Part shown: in pieces, positions 11,001 through 22,981 of the stretch
Layout of the letters: each line of letters opens with the position of its first letter
Position numbering within the stretch: the stretch's first letter is position 1
DNA from: Octopus vulgaris
Lineage: Eukaryota
Reading direction: 5' to 3'
Assembly (NCBI GenBank): GCA_951406725.2
Contig: OX597823.1
Span: 124,001 to 188,000, forward strand
DNA length: 64,000 nt
Notes under the pieces: model-generated
Database searches by the model: none
Told to the model about the DNA's origin: nothing
Seen by the model: the letters and a program-made list of their open reading frames with translations, nothing else
Position numbers and translations under genes: made by a program

Positions 11001-14000
11001 TCCCTCTGTTGGATCCTTACTAGGCAGACTCTCCTCCCTCTCCCATGAGTTCTCCACATTTAATTGCGTTTGTTAGTGGCACTTTCAAATCTCCTTCTTT
11101 GCAGGGTCACTAACTGCCAGTGACCCATCATCCATGTGGAGACATTTCTCTCCTATCACATCACGATTTTCTCTGACATACTGTCTTGCAATCATTCCTC
11201 TCCTACCACATCACAGTTTAAAACAATTTACAAACCATTCACTCCAGTTCAGGGAACCACACTCTTCTGAAGTCACCCATTCATACTTTAAACAATGTTT
11301 TTGTGTGATATTTGTACTTGTCATTTCTTCCCCCCCCCACTTCTATTCTATCATAAAGCAAAATGCAACAAGCATAACTATTTGCTGCAGAGTTGGATAG
11401 TTTGTGTCTGATAATGAAAGTGATGTTTCTATTAAAAACTTGTGAAGGATGTAAAAAGTAGTTTTATTAAAATCACAGTCTTTTTGCTGAGTCAAAAACA
11501 CGTGATCGTTTCCTCTTATTTCTAGCCTCAATTATTCCAGACAATACAAATAGATAAGTGCTCCCCGTCCTATTTATCGTCTTACTATTATGACATGTAA
11601 TATATCCCAATATGTCTCAGGTGAGAACAGTATCAGCACATATCATGTTCCTTCCTATATTATTTCAACCAATCACCTCCTTTTTATGTCTTTATCCGCT
11701 GTTCTCTCTCTCCACTCTGCCACATGTTAAATACTTTTCTTATCTGCTATCATTCTCAATATCCTCTCATAAGCCCCATATTTATCCTTTCGGACATCCA
11801 GCAATAGAAACTATAGCTAAGATGACATTGCAGCTTGCCAGTTCTGTTTCAAACTGGCCTGGAAATGGGGACTATTTCCAGTATTATGAAGGCTTTTGAA
11901 ATTAGTGAATAAATTCTGTTTTACATGCATTTTAGTTGGATAATGTATACAATTCCTCAGTATTAAAATTTCCTCATCATATTTGGTGATATTTAAATAA
12001 GTTGTCCTCCAAAATAACCACATTCATGTCAGTATATAAAAAGTTGTTTTATGGAACCAATTTAAATCTCTTTGAAATATGTAGGGATGTATTTTAAGCT
12101 CCAACATATATTAATAAAGTTAAAATGTATTTTTCAGCATCTCTCTAATTTTATAAACAAACAGATTCAGTCAAAATATTTTCTTTCCAGAGGGTACCGG
12201 TATTTTATTCTTTGAGTTTTGTCGGATTCTGTCAATTGTTCAAAGGTTGTGCAAAGATCGACATGTCTTTTGGCTTTATGAAAATGTTGCTGCAATGAAA
12301 ACCAGTTACAAAAATATAATCTCCAGATTCCTAGGTGTAAGTACTAATTTCTAAATTAAGATGTTGATTAAATATCTGTTTTCATATGTTTAGCACTGTG
12401 GTAGTTAGATTAGATAACTTATAGAATCCAACCAGTTATAAATTTTAAGGTTTAAGTAAAATATAGCATGTACTTCTGTTTTACAGAATGGTATGAATTA
12501 AATTTTGTTGACTTCGAATTGTTTTGCAAATGATAAGTGTCTTTGAATGGTTTCAGAAAAAATACTTATTGAACATGAAAATAACGATTTCTTTATTGTT
12601 CCTTCAAGGGCATTGAGTGACAGAATAATGTTACAAACTATGCTTATTTGATAAAAATGAAGGTATTCATATGTGCTAGTTCCAAGTGGGGTTTTAAGAG
12701 AATAGATAACATCTTTCTATCTAGATGTCTTTTCAGACATAATTACTTTCGAAAGAATTATGCATGAAAGCCTAAACAGGATAAACTTACAATTAGAATG
12801 TTAGACAGGGCAGTGAACTGACAGAATATCTTGTGGGTATTTTCCTCAAAATTGCTGGCCTTGTCAGACATGCATTTGCTGTTCAAGAAGAAAGACTATT
12901 TTAAAATGTTATTCTCTGAATTTTTATAAGATATTCAGTTGTGTTGGTGCATTCACAAGATTTAAATATACAGTCAAAGGTTTTCAAGATATTTGAGTCC
13001 ACTTAATTTCATGATTTACTTGTAGTGTAAACCTGCTCTCTGGGATGCAAAGTTTTTCTCAGCACAACACAGGCCCAGGTATTTCTGGGGTAACTTACCA
13101 ACAATATACAGGTAAGGTTGACATTCAATTTTGAAATAACTGCATAATCTTTTAAGCTATAATTTATATTTTAACAAATGAAATTAAACTAGATTGAGTA
13201 AATAGGAGGTATTACTAGTCAGAAATAATTTGATGACTATATTTGATACAATGTCTTAGCTATGACAATTCTATCATTTATAGTGAATGTCATTTTTTCA
13301 TTATTCCCAGCAGAAGAGTAAAATAATTTGGCAATTTAGTCACCAATGATTGTTTTCTGACATTTTATATAGATATTCCTTTGCAATAAAAAATATTCTG
13401 ATGTATAAATGAGGAGTAATTTCATCATATTGACTTGCTTAGGATAGTTTATATAGAGACGAAAACTGCAGTAATGCTAAAGTAATACTGGCCAGCTCAA
13501 TTCAAACTAAACCAAAAGTATATATAAAATTCACAATGTCTTATCTGTATGTTTAGTGTCAGTTTATCATTTAAAGACTTCTTCAATAATTATTTATTTA
13601 ATGTAAACATTTTCTTCCAGTTCACAGCCAACAACTGAAGATGATTCTCTTTACTTAGATAAAATTCTTTCACCAAACTGCAACAGAAAGGCTAGAGTAA
13701 GTTGGTTCGATTTTCTATACCTAGACAATAGCTGTCTTGAGAAGTATGATTCACAACCTATCATATCTGTATGTTTGAAACAACAGTATTGTCTCAAAAA
13801 TGCCAGTTAATAAATATCGATTCATTAACTAAATACCAGAAAGGAAATATATACTGTTGATATGTTTGTGGTGCATGGCTACAATCCATTAACTTATAAC
13901 AGTAAAGGAAGACTAATACATCATTTAGGCATTGTAAAATATCAATGTATTTTGTCATCAGGTGAAACAGCTACGGACAGTGACAACAAGAAGTAACTCA

Positions 14001-15246
14001 CTCAGACAGGGAAAAAATGAAAATATTTTGCCAGTTGAAATGGATGGAGAAGAAGACGCTATTTGGATTACAGAATTGGAAAAGTAAGTCTTTTCTGCTT
14101 ATTACGGTGAAATAAATTTCTACAAATATTTTGGTTCTTAGTTGCTGAACCTGCAGGAAAGAACTACACTCTTTAAACCTATGGGGAAAAATATGGCATA
14201 GAGGACACAAGGGTGAAAATAGAGTAATTGACTTCTCACCTTTTCAGATAAAGGTGTAATTATTGTGTTTGATAAAAAGGTAGTTGTCTAGCCCCATGAC
14301 CAAAGCTATTTCAGCTGTGATCATCTGATCCACTTGGATTACATATCCCCCCCCCCACGACGACGACCAACTAAAGCCAACAGTTTAGCAGTTTTGCAAT
14401 TTGGCAACTAACCTTTTGGCCCCTATCAATCCTGACTGCTTGTTATACTTTAATAACTGGTAGCAATATTGAAATGACATTTTTGTGATAATCTCTGGTC
14501 ATTCATCATCATCGTTTAATGTCCGTTTTCCATGCTGGCACGGGTTGGGCAGTTCAACTGGGGTCTGGAGAGTCAGAAGGCTGCGCCAGGCCCAGTCTGA
14601 TCTGGCAGTGTTTCTATGGCTGGATGCTCTTCCTAAACGCCAACCACTCCGTGAGTGTAGTGGGTGCTTTTTACGTGCCACTTGCACAGGTGCCAGACGA
14701 GGCTGGCAAACAGCCACGAACGGATGGTGCATTTTACGTGCCACCGGCACGGAGGCCGCATGCTAAGCCCAAATCTACTTTTGCTGTAAAGAGAACAAGG
14801 AACGCTTATTCAAAATGTTGCTCTTTGATGAACTGAGGAAGTCGTCTGCTTTCATTTCTGATGCTGTTGTTTCTAACGAAAGTTTATAAAATGATTTCCA
14901 AAAGCATAACAATATTTTCTTTGGAATATTTTTCAAGTCAATAATTGATATTTCAAACTGCTATGGTAAATTCTAACTTGTGGCACAGCTTATGTCTGCA
15001 AATGTTTTCTTTTTTTTAGAGGAAAGCCTGTATTCTACACTTTCCTACCAACAGATAAATATTCCACATTTCCTCTCTTTAAAGTTTGTATCTTATTTCA
15101 GAATCTTTGGTTTTCCTACACATTATACTGATGTACGAAATCTTAATCACAGCCGTCGACAGCGGCTCCTTGGAAGAGCTTGGAGTGTTCCAGTAATTAA
15201 GTTCCTGTTATCCCCATTGACCAAATTATTCCACACTGCTACTTAA
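4957..15246 (+). CDS. DNMT3: DNA (cytosine-5)-methyltransferase 3, C-terminal catalytic domain; 5'-partial spliced CDS join(4957-5038,7556-7701,8593-8686,12191-12336,13026-13111,13621-13696,13962-14083,15102-15246), 298 aa plus stop
   Basis: Eight AG/GT-bounded exons splice in frame (897 nt). Motifs: [13 protein letters not shown] (I), SSEVD (II), IGDI (III), [21 protein letters not shown] (IV, catalytic Cys), FWLYENV (VI), [11 protein letters not shown] (VIII), TVTTRSNSL (TRD loop), FGFPTHYTD and [14 protein letters not shown] (IX/X). Intron positions and phases match my recollection of human DNMT3A. PWWP/ADD exons should lie upstream of the window. Confidence 0.97.
5161..5929 (+). mobile_element. 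Internally deleted Tc1/mariner DNA transposon relic with TIRs
   Basis: TIRs CAGGATGTTCAGGCTAAATTTGA and TCACATTTAGCCCAAACATCCTG followed by TA. Decayed transposase C-terminus: [22 protein letters not shown]...[13 protein letters not shown]. Confidence 0.82.
5955..6207 (+). mobile_element. 3' UTR fragment of the abundant RTE family
   Basis: GAGTGGTTGGCATTAGGAAGGGCATCCAGCTGTAGAAAC...(GAT)n tail, shared with the copy at 6457-7449. Confidence 0.8.
6457..7449 (+). mobile_element. 5'-truncated RTE-clade LINE: ORF C-terminus, tandemly repeated 3' UTR and (GAT)n tail
   Basis: [12 protein letters not shown]...GRGRPRKTW...DL...W RTE C-terminal motif; repeated GTGGCACATAAAAAGCACC units. Confidence 0.9.
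7556..7701 (+). CDS. DNMT3: DNMT3 exon, motifs II-III: (G)[48 protein letters not shown]
   Basis: ttccag acceptor, gtaact donor, 146 nt, phase compatible with both neighbours. Confidence 0.93.
7838..8010 (+). mobile_element. Old tRNA-derived SINE, family C (Nin/Deu-domain-like)
   Basis: GTTCAAATTCTGCTGAGGTTAAC...CTTTCATCCTTTTGGGGG core. Related decayed copies near 23780 (-), 48020, 50605, 51450 and 53300. Confidence 0.6.
8593..8686 (+). CDS. DNMT3: DNMT3 exon, catalytic motif IV: [31 protein letters not shown]
   Basis: tgtcag acceptor, gtatag donor, GGSPCNDLS signature. Confidence 0.96.
8771..11170 (-). mobile_element. Decayed RTE LINE (RT plus C-terminus; two partly overlapping fragments) in a DNMT3 intron
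   Basis: On -: [56 protein letters not shown]. (CAT)n at 8771 marks the 3' tail. Confidence 0.88.
12191..12336 (+). CDS. DNMT3: DNMT3 exon, motif VI: (E)[48 protein letters not shown]
   Basis: ttccag acceptor, gtaagt donor; LFFEF, ENV and ISRFL signatures. Confidence 0.96.
13026..13111 (+). CDS. DNMT3: DNMT3 exon, motif VIII: [28 protein letters not shown]
   Basis: ttgtag acceptor, gtaagg donor; [10 protein letters not shown]. Confidence 0.96.
13621..13696 (+). CDS. DNMT3: DNMT3 exon, TRD: (S)[25 protein letters not shown]
   Basis: ttccag acceptor, gtaagt donor; correct phases 2 and 0; aligns to human DKLELQECLEHGRIAK. Confidence 0.9.
13962..14083 (+). CDS. DNMT3: DNMT3 exon, TRD loop: [40 protein letters not shown]
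   Basis: catcag acceptor, gtaagt donor; RTxTTRSNS and WxTExE signatures. Confidence 0.96.
14500..14762 (-). mobile_element. RTE-family 3' end fragment
   Basis: CATCATCATCGTTTAATGTCCG...GGATGCTCTTCCTAAACGCCAACCACTCC. Confidence 0.82.
15102..15246 (+). CDS. DNMT3: DNMT3 terminal coding exon: (K)[47 protein letters not shown]
   Basis: tttcag acceptor, motifs IX-X, TAA stop at 15244-15246. Confidence 0.97.
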
Positions 15247-18200
15247 TGTAAGTAAAACAAACATCATTATGCAAGAACAAACAAACAATTAGTGTCACTG
15301 AGTGCACGTTTTAAAATGTCGTTTGCATCACTCCAGGTCACTAGACTTATTATTTCATTCGAAAAGAGTACAATGTTTTGGCTTACTCTCTTAAGTCTAT
15401 GGAAAGTATTTCAAGGTCCATATTTTCTTATTTGAATTAAATATACCTTCATCCTCCTGATGTTTCTGTCATTCTGTATATAGAGTTGTATTATTTGATA
15501 GAGTTGTAGTATAGACCCAGGTAAGTTGATTGGTAGAAGCATGTTTATCTATCAACTCCCAGTGTTTGTGAGGAATTGTACAAACATCAATGTGTGTGTG
15601 TAAGTTTACTGTCTCTGTCAAGTAGTGGGCTTCACTGGCAAAGATGTTTAGTAAGATTATCTTATTTGGAAGAGTGCAGAAGTCCTTATAACACAGATGC
15701 TAGTGAAATGCATTTCCTTGAATAGAGTAAACCAACTCTGAAGAAGTGGGTTTTGTGTGTTTGTTGCATTGCTAAGTAAGATGTTGATATCAGCAGATTC
15801 TTTGTTGAAACCTTTGCCTGACTGACTGGAAATGGCACATCTGTTGTCATAAGGCTGTTTCAAAGAAAGCCAGCCTCTCTTTGATTTTATCGTTCATTAA
15901 AAAAGAAAAAGTCAAAAGATGTCAACTATATTAGTTGGTCTCCAGAAAAATATCTTTTAACATTAGCTAGAAGTTCCAATTACCTGCCACTCTGCTCCAT
16001 CAGATTACCAGCAACAAGACATGAGATTGTTAATTTGTTGGATATTTTTATAAATCTGGCCTGTATCTCTGTACTTTATGTGTTGTGTCAGAATCTGAAA
16101 AAGTCAAATCTGCAGATGAATAACATTGAAAATAGCTTTATGTTCAGATGAAGCTGACGATGGTGAAGGCTGTAGTGAAAATAAGTGACAAAAGAAAATT
16201 TGGGAAGTAATTTGTTAAATATATTTACTATCTTGTGTACAAAAAAAAAAAAAAAAAAAAAGAGACATTTATATGTCTAAAGTAAATTTTATATTTTCCA
16301 TGAATCCCATTAAATAAATTCTACACAGATTGTGGAGATTGGCTCCTAGCTGATGACACTTAACGGCCATGCAGACATATCATGGTTGGGGGGAGGGGCA
16401 CGAGAAAAAAAAATATATGCAATGAAAATAGAATGTTACACTATTTACATTGATTAAAAACTGTCTTACACAAAGGGGTGGGGAGTTGAATGAGGAGACA
16501 TTAGTTTGTTGGGTCCGATCAGCTTCTTAATTTATTTGCTTGGAATCAGCTGCAGTTTGCCAATAATAATAATAATAATAATGGTGGCAGGGGAGAATTA
16601 GTGTAGCGATTGTCTGAGGAATGAAAGAAATGGTTGGGAGAAACAATAACTAAGTGACAGCAAATTTGTGAGGCATTGGGTATCAAGTAATTTCAACAAT
16701 GGGTTTATTTAAAATAAAATGAAACTCAATGGAAACTGTAAAATTACAGAACCCTTCCTTTACTATAACAAAGAATCTCAAACCCCTATGAACCACTGAG
16801 ATTTATTTTTCAATAAAGTAATATTTCTGGTTGATTTCTTCATGGTAGCAGGTATTGGATATGAAGAAGAAATGTTTAAACAAATATATTTTTCTGCTGA
16901 CAAACTGAAACAAGTTGAATATTTTAACTCGGAGAGAGAAATACTGCAATGACATGGTTGGAACCCATTTTCACAGCATTTGCACCATAAAAAAATTCAA
17001 AAGCAGTGACATGCATTGAAAAATATTGGCATGATAATATAAAAAAACCTTAGTGTAAACTTACTATCTTATGTGTGTCTATAGCTGCACAACCAAATAG
17101 ACATTTCACTGCATTTTATATCAATTACTAACATAATTAAACAAAGTGGGTCTCCTAAATACTAGAGCAAGCAACTATGAACATTGCACTAGCTATGAGA
17201 GAGGCAGGAAAAGGGTGGATCTGGCTTAGCTGAGCACTCCACAGACTCTTGTACCCTTAACATAATTCTTGAGTAGAATCAGCATGACAAGGCTGTACAA
17301 TTCATTTGATATTTGGCTTGAAGATACAGATTTACACACACACACAAAGGACAATTACTTTCAAATTTATGGAGAGGTAAAATAAGCTGTTTTTACGGTG
17401 ATGTAATTATTGATTTGGGCTTTGGAATTTTCAAAGGGTGAAAGAAAAGAAAAAGTTTGTTAGAGGAAAATAAGATTAAATGAGAGGGGCAGAAAGAAGA
17501 GATAAAGGGTTGATTACAGTATAAAAGATATATAAATGTAAAATACTCTTGAATTCACAAGGGAGAGATTGAAATGTGTTAAACTGACATTTCATAACAC
17601 ACATGGGCATTGTGTTGAAAAACTATTATAAAACAGTTTGAAAGAGAATAACTCATCTCAACACTTTCAAGCAAATACACACACACACAGTCCTAACACA
17701 TATATCTATATATTTTTCAGACACATTCTTGTGGTTTGAGAGGTATCCAAATAAAGGGCAACTTCTTGTTATCCCCAGACATGCCAGCATCAGAAACCAA
17801 AAGCTAGAAGGGAAGCTTAACTAAGTCCAGTAAACTAAATCGCCTTCACTGCATGTTTTCCATTACTAATTGTTCTCAATTGGCTGGAATTTGCAGCTTG
17901 TTTTCAAAACAAATTAAAATAAACCAAATTGTCTAGATCAGTCCTTAAAACTGTTATGAACTTGCTTGTAGCTAACAATGGTAGACAGAGCCCCTGCCCC
18001 CAGTTAGTGTGCAACAGGTTGTTAGTGGCTAAATAAATGAACAACTGCAAATCACAGTGGTTAGAGGATGAGTATATAAGGGATTGGTTGCTGGTCACAG
18101 TGAATGGTAATTAAGGTTAATCAGAGATCAGTTAACATGTTCCGCAAAGCCATTCATTGACAGGTCGGGGTATTGATATCGTTGTATTTCATTGGGAGAG

Positions 18201-18678
18201 GAAGAAGAGGAGGGGAAGGTTGTGGTGGCATTGGCTGCAGCATAAAGGGTGTGAGTGGAGCAGGAGTTGGTGGTTAACTGGGTAGGTGGGTATCATCATG
18301 GTAAGGGTGGCCAGTGCCAGCAAAGATAATTCCAGTAGCACAACTTTATGAAATGTATCAATGGCTACTTTGAAGAAACACTAAACTCTTGGCAAAAGTT
18401 TTCAGGAATCAATCAGCTATGTGACCAAGATTGCTGTCACAACAGCTACATTAATGTTGGAAAAAGTTGCTGTCTTCGATATAGCTGGTTGATTATATAT
18501 ATATATATATATGTATATATAATAATTTTGCATTTTCTTTCCTCTATTTAAAAAAAAAGCTTGTTTTCTTCATGTTAGTCAGTCTAACAAATGGAAGCAC
18601 CAAAAGCTTCATTTCTTCATTATCTGTGGCCAGCCCTGTCCTAGGTCCATGAGAGCAGTCAGCAGAGATATCATCAGG

Positions 18679-18716
18679 TCATCGTTGATAATCATCAAGG
18701 GGTTGGACGACTGTCT
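18679..18716 (-). CDS. PTPN4: PTPN4-like terminal coding exon: (E)[11 protein letters not shown]
   Basis: tatctatttcag acceptor in the required phase 1; ETVVQPL aligns with human PTPN4 EGFVKPL; TGA at 18679-18681. Confidence 0.8.
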
Positions 18717-18973
18717 CTGAAATAGATAAATTGCACACATATTAATTGTACAAAATATACACACATATCATGTACAAATAGGAGAAAAAGTGTTGAAAAT
18801 ATGTAGACTTTATTAGTTAGAAGCTGATGATTCATCGTGTGGCTACTCCCATTACGGGACTCAAGTGGTATCACCTGGAAGATTGCACAGGGTGGAAAGT
18901 AACAAAAGTTTTATTTTTAAAGTTCTTATAAGAATATTTTACTAAACAAGAAGTGTTCTGTATTGTATGTATG

Positions 18974-19007
<34 letters not shown>

Positions 19008-19014
19008 CACACAC

Positions 19015-19047
<33 letters not shown>

Positions 19048-19066
19048 TGTATGTATGTACACACAC

Positions 19067-19099
<33 letters not shown>

Positions 19100-19118
19100 T
19101 GTATGTATGTACACACAC

Positions 19119-19167
<49 letters not shown>

Positions 19168-19174
19168 CACACAC

Positions 19175-19221
<47 letters not shown>

Positions 19222-19274
19222 CACACACATATATATATATATGTATATATATATATGTATGTATGTACACACAC

Positions 19275-19308
<34 letters not shown>

Positions 19309-19310
19309 GT

Positions 19311-19353
<43 letters not shown>

Positions 19354-19358
19354 CACAC

Positions 19359-19389
<31 letters not shown>

Positions 19390-19444
19390 TGTATGTATGT
19401 ACACACACATATATATATATGTATATATATATATGTATGTATGT

Positions 19445-19501
<57 letters not shown>

Positions 19502-19586
19502 CACACACATATATATATATGTATATATATATATGTATGTATGTACACACACATATATATGTATATATATATATATATATGTATGT

Positions 19587-19629
<43 letters not shown>

Positions 19630-22600
19630 CACACACATATATATGTATATATATATGTTTGCACAGGGATTGCCCCTTTACCCATCTCCCGGGGACTCGT
19701 CGGACATTTAAAGATAACCACTCACATAAAAATAGCCGCGGCCACAGTCACCTGCGGTTCCCTAGACAGGAAACCACCTCTTCTTCCTCTTTTTTAGCTA
19801 TAATGAATCTAGCAAAAGAACTGGAAAAAAACATCCGAGCTATCACCCACCGCCATCCACCACTATTACCCCACTACACATGCCATTAAAAAGCAATCAA
19901 ATAAACAAATCACCAAAACAATTAAAACCATCCACTCTCGCCTCAACATTTCTGCTTAATGCCCAAGGCATCAGCCCTTCCACCAATACACAAAAATGGA
20001 AGATAAGATTCCTGGAGGACTGGGTCGAGGCCCATCCAAACCACATCCCTTTCTTCGTCCTCACTGAAACCCATCTTAGTGACCTCCACTTGGAAGCCGA
20101 GGTGAAAGTTAAAAATTTCAAAACCATTCGTGCTGATCGTGTTGGCAGAAGAAAGGGTGGGACTGCCATTTATGTCCATGATTCATTCTCAACAGAAGCC
20201 ATGAACATATTTTCGAATGGATACTGCGAAGCAGTCGCTGTATTCAGTCAAACCAACAACTTAACAGTAGTTGGGCTCTACAGACCACCCCAAACGCCCC
20301 TACCATGCTTCAAGGAATGCCTCAACAGCATAAAGTGTTTCATTCAGCAGTGTCAACCTGACAACATTTTAATGATGGGAGATTTCAACCTTCCCGGGGT
20401 TGACTGGTCTACAAACAGTCTGCCGCCAGGTTTTCTCTCTCAACCCCTGACAGGGAGGCAGTGGAATCGCTTCTTGACTTCATGGATGACTTCTTCTTGT
20501 CCCAACTGGTACTCGAACCAACGAGATGTCACAAAAACGTCTTAGACTTAATTTTCAGCAATCACACTGATACTATCCACAATATTGCAGTGGAGAAAAC
20601 CCTACTCTCCGACCATGACATGGTTCTCTGTGATCTGAGATTTCACTGGCCAAAATGCAAAACAAATGTCATCCCTCCTGTTCATCCATTTGACACTATG
20701 GATTTCCACAATGCAAACTGGGAAGCGATCAATAATGATCTTGCACAAGTCGATTGGTCCTTCACGCACACATACACACCCACTAACATCAAAAAGTCCT
20801 GGCAGTCACTTGTAGACACCATCACGAACATATGTGCAAGACACACCCCATTAAGATCTGCAAACAAATCTAAGTGTCGAATCCCTAGAAATAGAAAATC
20901 TCTCATAAGGAAAATTAAAAGAATCAACAAAAAGATCAACATGCTGAAATACTGTCAACAGCAACACACCAACCTGACTGCCATCTCGTCGCTAGAGATT
21001 AAAAAACATAAACTCCAAAACAACATGATGTCTATCATCAATAGTCAGCGAAGAGCTGAAGAGGCCTGGGCCATTGAGAAGATCAAACTCAATCCCAAAG
21101 TGTTCTTTTCATTTGCAAAAAAACACAGAGTCACTGGTTCTACTGTTGGCCCTCTGATTGATGAAAATGGTATTCTTCAAGACAATGCCAAAACCATGGG
21201 AGAAATATTGCAGAAACAATATTGCTCTGTTTTCAACAATCCTGATATGACTGATCTGGGCTGTATCAGTGATGTTACTCCCCAATACACTTTATCGGAC
21301 ATAACATTTGGCGCTCCTGATGTCTTAGCAGCAATAAAGGAAATGAAGCATAATTCAGCAGTAGGTCCCGATAGGTTCCCTGCTTGTGTCTTGAAGATGT
21401 GTCAAAACCAACTTGCACCCCCTCTAGCCAATCTGTGGCGGAACTCATTGGATGCTGGATATATACCAGAAGACCTTCTATCCCAGTCTGTTGTCCCAGT
21501 TTTCAAAAAAGGAAACAAATCGCTTGCCGTGAATTACCGTCCAATCTCACTCACCTCTCATATCATCAAGGTATTTGAGAGGGTGCTGAGATCGCGTATG
21601 ACTCACTTCCTTGAGAGTCATAATATGCTGAACCCCAACCAGCATGGATTCCGTAATGGGAGAGATTGCCTGACGCAGCTACTGCATCATTTTGATGACA
21701 TTTTGAGAGCCTTGGGAGAGGGTTCCAACACTGATGTCATCTACCTTGATTTCAGCAAGGCCTTTGACAGGGTTGATCATAAGATCCTTCTGAGAAAGCT
21801 GTCCAATATTGGTGTCACTGGAAAGCTGCTGCAATGGATCAAGTGCTTCCTCTCTAACAGAACCCAACATGTTGTAGTCGAAGGAGTCAAATCCAGCCCA
21901 GCCAAAGTCAGCAGTGGTGTCCCACAAGGCACTGTGTTGGGCCCACTTCTCTTCATCATCTACATAAATGATATTACTGACACCATCAAACACAGCAACA
22001 TCAGAACCTTCGCTGATGATTCCAAGCTCCAGAAGGTCATCAATGGCGTGGATGACCGAATAAACCTTCAGTCAGACCTACTGGCTGTTGTCCAATGGGC
22101 GGAAAAGAATAACATGTTGCTAAATGAAGACAAATTCGAACTGATCCACTTTGGAAGGGAGGACGCTCTGAAACTCCCATACTCTCTTCCTTCTGGAGAA
22201 ATTCTCATGGCATCCAACAACATCAGAGACCTGGGAGTAACAGTGGACAACAACATAAGCTGGGCTACACATATAAGCAGCAAAGTTGACATGGCCCGCA
22301 GAATGTGTTCCTGGATTCTCAGAACCTTCCAGTCGAGAGATTCCCACGCTATTATCCTTCTCTTCTCCACTTTTGCCCGACCCCACCTTGAATACTGCTG
22401 TCCACTGTGGTCTCCCTACACAAAACAAAATATTATGAGAATTGAAGCTCCCCAAAGGTCAATCGCAAAAAAGATAGATGGCATGTCAGACCTTGACTAC
22501 TGGGGTAGACTAGAGAAGCTGAAATTGTATTCACTCCAACGACGCCGTGAACGCTACATTATCTGTATGATGTGGAAAATATTCCATCAGCACTGTCCGA

Positions 22601-22981
22601 ATGATGTTGGCATCACCTTCAAAATGCATCCAAGGCTTGGACCACGTGCCATCCGTCCACAACAAAAATCTAAATCGCATCACATAACGACAATACGGCA
22701 CAACTATTTCACCTCAATTGGACCCGCTCTCTTCAACATTACACCAGGACACGTCAAAAAAGAAACTGACCACACAAAATTCAAGAAGTCTTTGGACAAA
22801 TTCCTTCAAACAGTACCGGACAAACCATCCACACCCGGATATGTCTCCGCAAACAATAACTCTCTGCTCGAATGGGCCTTGGTGCCCAAATCCTGAACTG
22901 AAAGACTTCGCCAGGTGGTGCTATTAAGTTAGACATGGCCTGGGCCAATACTGGCCAAAAACCTTTCTAAGTTATTCTAAG

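Noticed and set aside
16240-16260. Poly(A) tail of a retrocopy
   Set aside because: No upstream element body or target-site duplication; more likely a U-tract of the minus-strand 3' UTR.
18871-19889. Six 236-308 aa YIYI/CVC ORFs
   Set aside because: Translation of a stop-free alternating microsatellite. Only the last ~78 codons (CR1 ORF1 tail) are meaningful.
20429-20441. Programmed -1 frameshift in CR1 ORF2
   Set aside because: No in-frame X_XXY_YYZ heptamer, and it falls inside the APE domain; an indel in a T/CT run is simpler.
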